Shown piece after piece: positions 1-7,817 of a DNA stretch of 64,000 bases. The notes below the pieces were generated by a model. That model was not told the DNA's origin. It did no database searches and worked only from the letters and a program-made list of their open reading frames with translations. Within the stretch, counting starts at the first letter, position 1; every line of letters starts with the position of its first letter. The position numbers and the translations under genes were made by a program. The DNA lies in the IMG/VR virus record IMGVR_UViG_3300020394_000003, positions 1 to 64,000 of that record. The stretch is one strand, 5' to 3'. Origin of the DNA: a virus.

Positions 1-1
1 T

Positions 2-349
2 AGCCGGGTCAACGATGCGTTTGTTCCTACCAAGAAGCAGTATGATGCGATCACCGGCAACAAGTATGCTGCGAAGATCCTCGCGGGTTGGGAGTCTGCA
101 CCGAAGTTCGCGGTCGGCTCGATGGCTCTGGTGCGGTCTACAAGCGCCCGTGCTTCCGCTCTGTGGCGCGCCGCGGGCAACGGCAAGCTACCAGTCGTCA
201 TCGTCGCTCAGAACGCTTCAGCGCCCTCTAGCGCCTGCAAGGGCAACAAGATTTACAAGGTGCTGCCAGTCGGCTGCGCTCAGACCTTCATGGTCGAGGA
301 ACGTGACCTCAAGACCTACCGCGCCACGAAGAAGAGAGGCAAAAGGTAA
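2..349 (+). CDS. hypothetical protein, 5'-truncated (SH3-like 'FAVGSMALV' motif)
   Basis: Frame of track ORF 122..349 is open back to the window edge (SRVNDAFVPTKKQY...); GC-rich codon usage like its neighbours. Confidence 0.7.
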   Translation, partial: SRVNDAFVPTKKQYDAITGNKYAAKILAGWESAPKFAVGSMALVRSTSARASALWRAAGNGKLPVVIVAQNASAPSSACKGNKIYKVLPVGCAQTFMVEERDLKTYRATKKRGKR

Positions 350-358
350 CCTTTCGCT

Positions 359-397
359 GGCCGGACAGAAGTTGTCCGGCTGGCCTTCATTTTTTCC
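359..397 (+). terminator. probable intrinsic terminator
   Basis: GCCGGACA-GAAGT-TGTCCGGC hairpin with a T7 run shortly after. Confidence 0.55.
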
Positions 398-426
398 TTG
401 ACTCTAATCCTCGCCTGTGCGATAAT
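398..426 (+). promoter_or_regulatory. sigma70-type early promoter
   Basis: TTGACT-17nt-GATAAT with extended -10 TG. Confidence 0.7.
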
Positions 427-473
427 ATAGTTGATGGTTGGGAATGACCCCAGCCATCGAGAACGAGAACCGA

Positions 474-659
474 ATGACCATCAAGCCCCCTCGACACGTC
501 AAGCCTCCCGCTGATTATCCCGGCCGCCCTGCGTGGCTCAAATCTGGCCCGTTCGCCGATCCGAAGGCTCGTACCCTGATGGTTCGCATGTGGCGTGCAA
601 ACAAGGGGTTTGACGGTGATGACGAGTCCTTGACAACTTCTTTACAAGATCGGGCTTGA
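474..659 (+). CDS. hypothetical protein
   Basis: ATG at 474 after a purine-rich leader; in frame with track ORF 438..659. Confidence 0.55.
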   Translation: MTIKPPRHVKPPADYPGRPAWLKSGPFADPKARTLMVRMWRANKGFDGDDESLTTSLQDRA

Positions 660-684
660 TCTTTTCCCCCGCCCGTGCTATATT
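656..684 (+). promoter_or_regulatory. sigma70-type early promoter
   Basis: TTGATC-17nt-TATATT with TG extension. Confidence 0.7.
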
Positions 685-753
685 ATATATGTAAGGTGAG
701 GAAACGTCCTCGCCATCCTTCCAACCCCCCGATTCAAAGAGAGAGAGAATCAC

Positions 754-1827
754 ATGAGCATCGACTTCCGCACTTTCCGCACCGTCGTCCCCGCCGTCAT
801 CGCGGCACGTTTCCCCGTCCTTATCCGTGGCCGTCACGGTGTGGGCAAATCGCAGGTGGTCTATCAGACCGCCGCTGATCTTGGCCTGCCTGTGGTCGAG
901 CGCCGCGCTAGCCAGATGACCGAGGGTGATCTTCTTGGCCTGCCTGACAACCGTGACGTTCAAGTCAACGGTCGCAAGGCTACCACGTTCAACCCGCCTG
1001 AGTGGTTCCTGACCGCTTGCACCGAGCCGGTTGTGCTCTTCCTCGATGAGGTTGATCGCGCTACCACCGAGGTCCGTCAGGGTATTTTCGAGTTGTGTGA
1101 TTCTCGCAAGCTGGCCGGTAACGTCTTGCACCCTGACACGATCATCATCGCTGCCGTCAACGGTGGCGAGCACGGTGCTCAGTATCAGGTCGGTGAAATG
1201 GATCCGGCAGAGCTTGACCGTTACACGGTCTTCGACGTTGAGCCTTCCTGTGAGGATTGGCTTGACTGGGCAAAGAGTAACGTTGACTCTGTTCTCTGGG
1301 ACTTCATCAATCAGAACCGCATGCACTTGGAGCACAGCGAGGACTTTGAGCCTAACAAGGTTTACCCTTCCCGTCGCTCATGGGACCGCCTCAATACTAC
1401 TGTGGTGCCCGCTGGCTGCTTCTCCGAGGGTGGCGACCTTGATCTCCTGTTCAACCTCACCACGGCATTCTGTGGCTTTGAGGCGGCTGTCGCCCTTCGC
1501 GACTTCGTTGCTTCCTATGACCGTCAGGTGACTGTCGAGGATATTCTTGACAACGGTGAGATCGACAAGACTGCCGACTGGACGATCAACGAGCACTCCG
1601 CTCTGGTTGAGAAGATGGAGGCCGCTGAGACTTTCAAGGCCGAGTTGACTGATGATCAAGTGGTCAACCTCGCAACCTACTTTGTAACCTTGCCTAGCGA
1701 GGTGGCTATGAAGCTGTGGACTGTACTCGGTGACGGCGACGTTCAGAACGTCATCCGTACTCACCAGACCACGTTGCCCGATGGCACCGCCATCAGCGAC
1801 CACCTTGTGACCATTCTCGGCGGCTAG
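754..1827 (+). CDS. MoxR-like AAA+ ATPase
   Basis: Walker A GRHGVGKS, Walker B LFLDE, DPAELDRY arginine-finger region; adjacent vWA gene. Confidence 0.9.
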   Translation: MSIDFRTFRTVVPAVIAARFPVLIRGRHGVGKSQVVYQTAADLGLPVVERRASQMTEGDLLGLPDNRDVQVNGRKATTFNPPEWFLTACTEPVVLFLDEVDRATTEVRQGIFELCDSRKLAGNVLHPDTIIIAAVNGGEHGAQYQVGEMDPAELDRYTVFDVEPSCEDWLDWAKSNVDSVLWDFINQNRMHLEHSEDFEPNKVYPSRRSWDRLNTTVVPAGCFSEGGDLDLLFNLTTAFCGFEAAVALRDFVASYDRQVTVEDILDNGEIDKTADWTINEHSALVEKMEAAETFKAELTDDQVVNLATYFVTLPSEVAMKLWTVLGDGDVQNVIRTHQTTLPDGTAISDHLVTILGG

Positions 1828-1838
1828 TCCGTCAGGGG

Positions 1839-1896
1839 CCGTCAGGGGGCGACAGAGGCTCTTTCTCTCTCTCGCCTACCTGTCACCCTCTGGCGG
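1839..1896 (+). other. long stem-loop with a CU-repeat loop
   Basis: 1839-1855 pairs with 1880-1896 (16/17 counting G-U); AGGC/GCCT inner stem; loop TCTTTCTCTCTCTC. Confidence 0.7.
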
Positions 1897-1965
1897 TTTC
1901 CTATGGCCTCTGCGAGGCCCTGAGAGCCTTGCAAAGTAAACTTCAATCCCTTGAGAGAGAGCCCA

Positions 1966-2070
1966 ATGACCCACATCGAGCCCGTTGCCGTGATACTCTT
2001 GATCGCCTTCATCGCCGTCTTCCTCCGAGTACTCGGTCACGCTATTTCAAAGGCCAATATCGGGTCTTGA
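1966..2070 (+). CDS. small single-TM protein (34 aa, MTHIEPVAVILLIAFIAVFLRVLG...)
   Basis: Manual translation; GAGAGAGAG leader like that of the ATPase gene; hydrophobic stretch. Confidence 0.55.
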   Translation: MTHIEPVAVILLIAFIAVFLRVLGHAISKANIGS

Positions 2071-2092
2071 CATTCTCTTTACAAAGTTTCCC

Positions 2093-2121
2093 TTGATTAT
2101 CCCCCGCACCTATGCTATATT
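2093..2121 (+). promoter_or_regulatory. sigma70-type early promoter
   Basis: TTGATT-17nt-TATATT with TG extension. Confidence 0.7.
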
Positions 2122-2145
2122 ATAAGAGTAGCTAGGAGATCACAC

Positions 2146-3420
2146 ATGACTGACCAGACCACCACAACCGGCTCCGCAGACGCGACCCTTCCAGAGTTCG
2201 ATCTGAACATGCACGCGGCGCGCCTTCTTATGAAAGAGCCATTCTTTGCAGCTATCAGCCGCCGTATCAACAAGCGTGCTAGCAAGGCCATCCCGACCGC
2301 CGGCGTGACAGTCACCGAGGCAGGTCAGTTTGAGTTGATTTACAATCCTGAGTTCATGGGCAAACTGGAGGACTCTCACAAGCTGGGTGTGCTCAAGCAT
2401 GAGTTCTATCACCTTATCTTTGAGCACGTTACTGGCACCCGGTTCGCTCACTTCCGCGACCTCGACTCTTCCGAGCGACGGATCCACAATATCGGCATGG
2501 ACCTCGCGATCAACAGTCACCTTCAGGGTGAGCTGCCCGAACAGTGTTGCATGCCCGGTGCTGGCCCATTCGCTGAGTACGAGCCTTTCCTTTCTGCCGA
2601 GCAGTACATCGCGAAGCTGCGCGAGGACAAGAATCAGCAAGAGCAAGAGCAGCAGGATGGCGACTCCGGTGAGGGTGGCGACGGCGAGGGCGATGGCTCT
2701 GGTGATGGCTCTGGTGGCTCTGGTGACGGTCAGTTCGATGACCATGATGGTTGGGGCGAGGCAGGCGACAGCGCCAGTCAGGTGGCCGCAGAGCGCCTGA
2801 AAGATACCATTCGCAAAGCTGCCGAGGAAGCCGACCGCAGCCGGACATGGGGATCTGTATCCTCTAGTGTCCGTGAGGATATTCGCAAGGCTCTCCGGTC
2901 CCATGTTGACTGGAAGAAAGTTCTTCGATACTTCATCAAGACTAGTCAGCGCGCTAACAAGTCCAGCACTGTGCGACGGCTCAACCGTCGTTATCCTCGC
3001 GTCCACGCAGGCAGCAAGGTCAACCGTCAGGCTCGCATCGCTATCAGTATCGACCAGTCGGGATCGGTAGATGATGTTATGCTCTCCGCTTTCTATGCAG
3101 AACTAGACAAGCTGGCGACCCTTGCCGAGTTTACTGTGGTCCCGTTTGACACTGAGGTTGCCGAGGATCACGTATACGTCTGGAAGAAGGGCGAGCGCCG
3201 CAAGGCCGAGCGTGTTCGCTACGGTGGCACCGACTTCAACCCGCCGACCGAATGGGTAAACAGCCGCGGCTTCGATGGTCACATTGTCCTGACCGATCTG
3301 TGTGCGCCTAAGCCAGTTGCTAGCAAGTGCCAGCGTATGTGGATGACTACCCGGTACTATGCCGAGCGTCCATACTTCAAGACTAATGAAATGATTGTAG
3401 CCATTGACACGGAGGGCTGA
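2146..3420 (+). CDS. DUF2201-type putative metallopeptidase (HExxH) + vWA domain protein
   Basis: KHEFYH zinc motif, acidic Gly/Ser linker, MIDAS DQSGS, GGTDF and TD motifs. Confidence 0.88.
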   Translation: MTDQTTTTGSADATLPEFDLNMHAARLLMKEPFFAAISRRINKRASKAIPTAGVTVTEAGQFELIYNPEFMGKLEDSHKLGVLKHEFYHLIFEHVTGTRFAHFRDLDSSERRIHNIGMDLAINSHLQGELPEQCCMPGAGPFAEYEPFLSAEQYIAKLREDKNQQEQEQQDGDSGEGGDGEGDGSGDGSGGSGDGQFDDHDGWGEAGDSASQVAAERLKDTIRKAAEEADRSRTWGSVSSSVREDIRKALRSHVDWKKVLRYFIKTSQRANKSSTVRRLNRRYPRVHAGSKVNRQARIAISIDQSGSVDDVMLSAFYAELDKLATLAEFTVVPFDTEVAEDHVYVWKKGERRKAERVRYGGTDFNPPTEWVNSRGFDGHIVLTDLCAPKPVASKCQRMWMTTRYYAERPYFKTNEMIVAIDTEG

Positions 3421-3424
3421 GAAC

Positions 3425-3859
3425 ATGAGTAGAAATAAAGTGTTTGAGAAGGGGTGCCTGTATGCACTCAAGGGTCTGGCAAAGAACAAACAATATATTG
3501 GGATGATGAACTACAACGGTGTGCTATACCTCACTGACGGCAAGGGCTATGCAGGTAATAGACCTACGTTTTATGATGGTGATCTATTCGTTGCACTAGA
3601 TGACATCCATGCGTTTGACCGTGAGGAAGCCCGCAGGGAAGCCGCTGAACGTATCGGAAACGGGTCTAGGCATGGTTTCGCAGACGAGGCATCAGAAGAG
3701 CGATGGTTAGACTCTCAGGCCGCACGATCCCAACGAAACTGGGCTAGGTCCACTAACATTAGACTACTAGCGCCTGATGGGAACATTGTTAGCATGATGC
3801 TGAAGGGCAACATGGGCAAGTTCAAGAAAGTGACAAAGCGCACAAGAAAGGTAAAGTAA
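3425..3859 (+). CDS. hypothetical protein (paralog of 4590..4922)
   Basis: GGAGG RBS; shares KGL, DGD-hydrophobic and C-terminal patterns with the 4590 ORF. Confidence 0.7.
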   Translation: MSRNKVFEKGCLYALKGLAKNKQYIGMMNYNGVLYLTDGKGYAGNRPTFYDGDLFVALDDIHAFDREEARREAAERIGNGSRHGFADEASEERWLDSQAARSQRNWARSTNIRLLAPDGNIVSMMLKGNMGKFKKVTKRTRKVK

Positions 3860-3864
3860 AGTAT

Positions 3865-4098
3865 ATGCAGGTTGGAGACTTCATCGAGGACACTTATAAA
3901 TCTTTTGATGGTCACATTGTAGCAGTAACGCGAGGTGTGATCACAGAAGTAATCGGAGACTGTGTAAAATATCATTGTTCTCAGATACACTTTAGTGAGA
4001 ACGAAAGTTCATTAGATGGTATGCTAGGAACGATTATAGACAGACACAGTAGAAACATTGTAGTGTTATCACAGCGTAGTGGTGGTAAGGTGGTATAA
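3865..4098 (+). CDS. small SH3/KOW-like hypothetical protein
   Basis: MQVGDFIE start. Confidence 0.55.
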   Translation: MQVGDFIEDTYKSFDGHIVAVTRGVITEVIGDCVKYHCSQIHFSENESSLDGMLGTIIDRHSRNIVVLSQRSGGKVV

Positions 4099-4124
4099 AA
4101 TGGAGTAAAGTGGGAGAAGGTGGA
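4079..4124 (+). repeat. TGG repeats at ~10-bp period (MraZ-box-like)
   Basis: TGG at 4080, 4091, 4101, 4111, 4121. Confidence 0.6.
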
Positions 4125-4222
4125 TTTAGAAAATCTGTAGTTGTCACACGATGTTACAGGTGACTATAAAGGGTGAGCAAATAGACGTGATACTAGCAAA
4201 GAACCTTATACCTAGGTGCTTC

Positions 4223-4280
4223 ATTTGTCAAGTGACATTATTTGTCAAGGTCTAAACTTGTCCGAGGACAAAACCTGTCC
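4223..4280. repeat. operator-like direct and inverted repeats
   Basis: ATTTGTCAAG twice (4223, 4240); TGTCA-AG-TGACA and TTGTCC-GA-GGACAA inverted repeats. Confidence 0.55.
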
Positions 4281-4391
4281 GTAACACACACATGCTACAA
4301 CGTGAGCATGCGCATCGTGTAAATCCCCGTTACAACTGGCTTTTCGAGGACCGTAACTCACGAAAACATGCGAGAGTGCTACAAAAAACCC

Positions 4392-4420
4392 TTGACAAAC
4401 CCACTAGAATGTGCGATAAT
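4392..4420 (+). promoter_or_regulatory. sigma70-type promoter
   Basis: TTGACA-17nt-GATAAT with TG extension. Confidence 0.75.
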
Positions 4421-4443
4421 AGTATAGTAGGAGAGCGAAAGAG

Positions 4444-4560
4444 ATGAGTGATATAGAGATTGTGATTGCAGCAATGGGTAAGATTGCCTACAACTTTTGG
4501 CCGGTGGTTGCTACTGTAGCCATTTATGCGACATGGGAAATGATCAGTAATAACAGGTAG
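4444..4560 (+). CDS. small hydrophobic protein (38 aa)
   Basis: AGGAGAG RBS downstream of the promoter; manual translation MSDIEIVIAAMGKIAYNFWPVVATVAIY... Confidence 0.55.
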   Translation: MSDIEIVIAAMGKIAYNFWPVVATVAIYATWEMISNNR

Positions 4561-4589
4561 TTAGTTTAAACTGCTCCTAGGGGAAGCAA

Positions 4590-4922
4590 ATGAAAGTAGG
4601 CAGAATGTATCAGATCAAGGGGCTCGGCTCGTTACGCAAGAATGATTGTATGGTTGTGTGTAGCTGGACCGGCATGCTTGAGACTGGTGAGGCCAACGCG
4701 CCGTATAACAGACACAACGGTAAACAGATATACCGTGATGGTGACGTGGTTGTGTGCGTAGGTAAAGAGTACAAGCGAACAGCACACTATGAGCCGCAAC
4801 CGTTCTGGAAGGTACTAACCACTAGCGGGGAACATGCGACAGTTAGCCGAGGGGCTAGAAAATACTTTAGTGTAGTATCAGAGAAAAGTAAACTTTGCGG
4901 ACATGGAGTTGACAGTGAGTGA
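4590..4922 (+). CDS. hypothetical protein (MKVG-type)
   Basis: ORF with RBS; paralog of the 3425 ORF. Confidence 0.7.
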   Translation: MKVGRMYQIKGLGSLRKNDCMVVCSWTGMLETGEANAPYNRHNGKQIYRDGDVVVCVGKEYKRTAHYEPQPFWKVLTTSGEHATVSRGARKYFSVVSEKSKLCGHGVDSE

Positions 4923-5118
4923 GCCGTGGGAATGGCGAGAGCCTAGGTTACAAGCCAGTAATCAGAGAGTGAGACAAACAGTGAGGGGTGTAACAAATAA
5001 TGTTACACAGTTAGCACAGGTAGCTAGTGGACTAGTCGGGTATACAACTGTAGCATTATTTGTATACATGAGTATGTTACGGCGTGACTATCGTGAGGGT
5101 AAAAGGTATAACAAATAA
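4903..5118 (+). CDS. hypothetical membrane protein
   Basis: ORF with a C-terminal hydrophobic segment. Confidence 0.45.
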   Translation: MELTVSEPWEWREPRLQASNQRVRQTVRGVTNNVTQLAQVASGLVGYTTVALFVYMSMLRRDYREGKRYNK

Positions 5119-5274
5119 AGTGTAGTTATTTCAAACACTTACAGGTACTCCTCCCCCTACCCCCCTACCCCCGGGGTATATGTCCCATACTGTCACATAG
5201 GGTGCTACAGGCGCTCAGATACATTCGCGATGCGTATGAAAAAATGCGAGATTTGAAAAATGCCCAAAAAAAAT

Positions 5275-5303
5275 TTGACAGATTTAAGAAAGCGTGTTAT
5301 AGT
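5275..5303 (+). promoter_or_regulatory. sigma70-type promoter
   Basis: TTGACA-17nt-TATAGT with TG extension. Confidence 0.75.
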
Positions 5304-5322
5304 AGGAGAGTAAGGAGTGGGC

Positions 5323-5508
5323 ATGAGGTACCAGAGCAACACTAGCGCGATCAAAGCAGCGGGCGGTGTGTTACTGTTTACAGCATGCCTAGGACTATGT
5401 TGGATCCTAATGGGGTTAAATCCCAGTGTGGAAAGAGGTGAAGAAGATGAAGCGGAAGCAGGTAGTGTTGAGTTGCGTAGTAGTGATGCTAATGAGTATA
5501 GTAGGTAG
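5323..5508 (+). CDS. small membrane protein
   Basis: TAAGGAG RBS; hydrophobic segment followed by an acidic tail. Confidence 0.55.
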   Translation: MRYQSNTSAIKAAGGVLLFTACLGLCWILMGLNPSVERGEEDEAEAGSVELRSSDANEYSR

Positions 5509-5577
5509 CTTATGTTGGACAGGATGAAAAGGAGAAGTTGAGTAAATAATGCGGAGAGCATAATGGCCCAGTGTTCA

Positions 5578-5675
5578 TGGGAGGTGGCGGAATTGGCAGA
5601 CGCGCCCGGTTGTTTCCCGGGTGGTGATAAGGCGACAAGCCCACCTTGGAGGTTCGAGCCCTCCCCTTCCAGCCA
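5578..5675 (+). tRNA. tRNA with GUU (Asn) anticodon and an atypical long variable arm
   Basis: Acceptor TGGGAGG/CCTTCCA, discriminator G, encoded CCA, anticodon stem CCCGG/CCGGG with loop TTGTTTC, 26-nt variable region, GGAGG-TTCGAGC-CCTCC T arm. Confidence 0.8.
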
Positions 5676-5676
5676 T

Positions 5677-5750
5677 TGGGGTATAGTGTAAAGGCAACAC
5701 CGCGGTTTTTGACACCGCTATTCTAGGTTCGAATCCTAGTACCCCAGCCA
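5677..5750 (+). tRNA. tRNA-Gln(UUG)
   Basis: Acceptor TGGGGTA/TACCCCA, anticodon loop TTTTGAC, TTCGAAT T-loop, CCA. Confidence 0.93.
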
Positions 5751-5779
5751 ATTATGCTAATAGCGCACTATTTATTTAC

Positions 5780-6034
5780 ATGAAGATAGGTGAAGGCGCA
5801 TATGTACGAGTTGAAGCAGCTAACTTTACTTGCCCGCTGTGCGGTTCACCCATTGAATGGAGATGCTGGCCCGACAATGGATATGCCCACTGTACGAAGT
5901 CGTTAGAGGCCTCTCGTAGCTGGGTAGGACCCAGTAACCCCGCGCACTGCGGGTGGTCTGGAAGGACCAAAAGAGCTAAAAACGGTAGAGTGATGATCTT
6001 ATACAGATTAGGGATTGGTAATGACAAAAAATAA
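5780..6034 (+). CDS. small Zn-ribbon-like protein
   Basis: CPLCG plus further Cys/His; preceded by ACTATTTA. Confidence 0.6.
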   Translation: MKIGEGAYVRVEAANFTCPLCGSPIEWRCWPDNGYAHCTKSLEASRSWVGPSNPAHCGWSGRTKRAKNGRVMILYRLGIGNDKK

Positions 6035-6302
6035 TGTGCCGGATATAATGGATTACACGCACGAATATATTTTATCAAAGAGGGACGGGCCCGAGGAGCC
6101 ATTGGCCTACTTGGGCAAAAACCAAGTATTGTCCCTATTGGGGCCTCGCGAAGATTCACAATTACTACTAGAATCGCTGCCACCGGCGATGGAATTGTTA
6201 GATGGGCCTACTAGGGTACCTATCTACTTGTGGCATGATGTGTATGCTCTTTTAGTAAAAGAAGGGCTAGATGAACGCCAACTTACGGATTCTATACTAT
6301 AA
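6021..6302 (+). CDS. hypothetical protein
   Basis: ORF, coupled to the upstream gene. Confidence 0.55.
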   Translation: MTKNNVPDIMDYTHEYILSKRDGPEEPLAYLGKNQVLSLLGPREDSQLLLESLPPAMELLDGPTRVPIYLWHDVYALLVKEGLDERQLTDSIL

Positions 6303-6353
6303 AACAGCTAAAAATTTTTCCGAAAAATAAAATTTTTCGATTTCGGGGGCCCG

Positions 6354-6548
6354 ATGGCACAATACTCACAATCACAAATCGACCTTCTGCACGCGACCCA
6401 CGACCTGCCGCCGGAGGAAGCGCCGCCGCGATATAAGTACACATGTGCCCATTGTCGTTATGGGTATGTGCCTTTTTTGCCTTGCGAATGCCCAGAGTGC
6501 GGCGTTTGGCTAAATGAGCCAGTAAAAAAAGAAAAAGACGAAGGCTAG
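6354..6548 (+). CDS. small Zn-finger protein
   Basis: CAHC...CPECG. Confidence 0.6.
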   Translation: MAQYSQSQIDLLHATHDLPPEEAPPRYKYTCAHCRYGYVPFLPCECPECGVWLNEPVKKEKDEG

Positions 6549-6579
6549 CAAATTAGATTAATACCGCTCTAATTAAAGT

Positions 6580-6897
6580 GTGAGTGGATCTAATCAGCAG
6601 ACAACCAGTAGCCACACTGGTTGGAACTTTAATGTTGGTGATCTTGTGGGCCTTGCTCCTACAAGAGTTCATCTTTATGACTATGACGGTTATTATTATC
6701 CCGGGATGGGTCGATATGGTTATAAAGATAAAGAGCACCGCGATGTGATAGGGGTCGTTATCGAAGTTTATGAAAAGTATGGATATTTTTCTGACCGGTA
6801 CTACAAAATTAAATGGTTTGATAATAAAACATTTTCTAATGAACGTCACGAAGACTTAATGTTGATTTCAGCCAAGCCATTAAAAGATAAAGATTGA
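6580..6897 (+). CDS. SH3/KOW-like hypothetical protein
   Basis: FNVGDLV...GVVIEV...YKIKWF. Confidence 0.65.
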   Translation: MSGSNQQTTSSHTGWNFNVGDLVGLAPTRVHLYDYDGYYYPGMGRYGYKDKEHRDVIGVVIEVYEKYGYFSDRYYKIKWFDNKTFSNERHEDLMLISAKPLKDKD

Positions 6898-6915
6898 TAT
6901 GCAACTAGTTATAGC

Positions 6916-7143
6916 ATGGAACAAGAGCGTTCAGATAATCAATATATTGCAGGTGATTTGGTTCAGAGTACTGTTGTAGGTCTAAAAGATTTTGAATACA
7001 ATTCTTTTGGAACACTAGGTATTTTGATTGAAGTCATTGGCACCCGTGAAGCTGCTAAAGTGTGGTGGTTTGGTTCTGAAAAACCTTCTACTGTGCTGTT
7101 TCGTAATTTTAAGTTATTATCTAGAACATCTAAAGCTAGCTGA
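6916..7143 (+). CDS. SH3/KOW-like hypothetical protein
   Basis: AGDLV...GILIEV...KVWWF; preceded by ACTAGTTA. Confidence 0.65.
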   Translation: MEQERSDNQYIAGDLVQSTVVGLKDFEYNSFGTLGILIEVIGTREAAKVWWFGSEKPSTVLFRNFKLLSRTSKAS

Positions 7144-7166
7144 GACTCCATGTTTAATCATTTGTT

Positions 7167-7460
7167 ATGTCAAAAACTAATCCAAAAAATCAAAGTATAC
7201 GATTAGGAGTTGGTGATTTAATAGTCAACACAGATTCTCAAGCTGTTGGCATACTGCTAGAAAAACACCGGTTAATTAAACCATCTTCTGAGTCTACTGG
7301 TTCATCTTGGGAGTGGGCATGGAGTATAAGGTGGTCAAAAACAACGCCTAATGCTTCGATAAAATACTCAAATTGGATAAAATCTTATGCTTGTACAGAA
7401 GAATCAATTATTAATGAGATAAGAGAAGGTCAAGTTGAACATTATAGTGTTAAACAATAA
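7167..7460 (+). CDS. SH3/KOW-like hypothetical protein
   Basis: LGVGDLI...GILLE...IRW. Confidence 0.6.
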   Translation: MSKTNPKNQSIRLGVGDLIVNTDSQAVGILLEKHRLIKPSSESTGSSWEWAWSIRWSKTTPNASIKYSNWIKSYACTEESIINEIREGQVEHYSVKQ

Positions 7461-7527
7461 CAATTTTACTAGAAGTGAGTCGATATTCGGTGTATAATAA
7501 ATTTAAAATCCATAAGGAGAGTAAAAA

Positions 7528-7758
7528 ATGAGTGAAAAAGACAATAAAAATACCATGAACCCAGTGGCTTTTGAGGCTTTTCTTAAAGAATTGTCTTTAC
7601 AAATGGCTGATTTTAACATTAGCAGCCGCCAAACTGCTGATTTTTTTAATGAAGCAATCCGTACTGTCAAATCTACCTTTCCAAACACTGAAAGTATTAG
7701 GGAATTTGATAATCCAGAAGAAGATGACCGCCCTTGGATAGACCAAGACGAAGATTAG
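7528..7758 (+). CDS. hypothetical protein
   Basis: TAAGGAG RBS. Confidence 0.65.
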   Translation: MSEKDNKNTMNPVAFEAFLKELSLQMADFNISSRQTADFFNEAIRTVKSTFPNTESIREFDNPEEDDRPWIDQDED

Positions 7759-7771
7759 TTGCTTTTTTTTC

Positions 7772-7800
7772 TTGACAATGCCTTCGAAATGCGGTATATT
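7772..7800 (+). promoter_or_regulatory. sigma70-type promoter
   Basis: TTGACA-17nt-TATATT. Confidence 0.75.
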
Positions 7801-7817
7801 TATAGTGGAGGTAAGCA

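Noticed and set aside
2655-2735. GGTGATGGCTCT-type tandem repeats
   Set aside because: They encode the Gly/Ser/Asp linker typical of DUF2201 proteins
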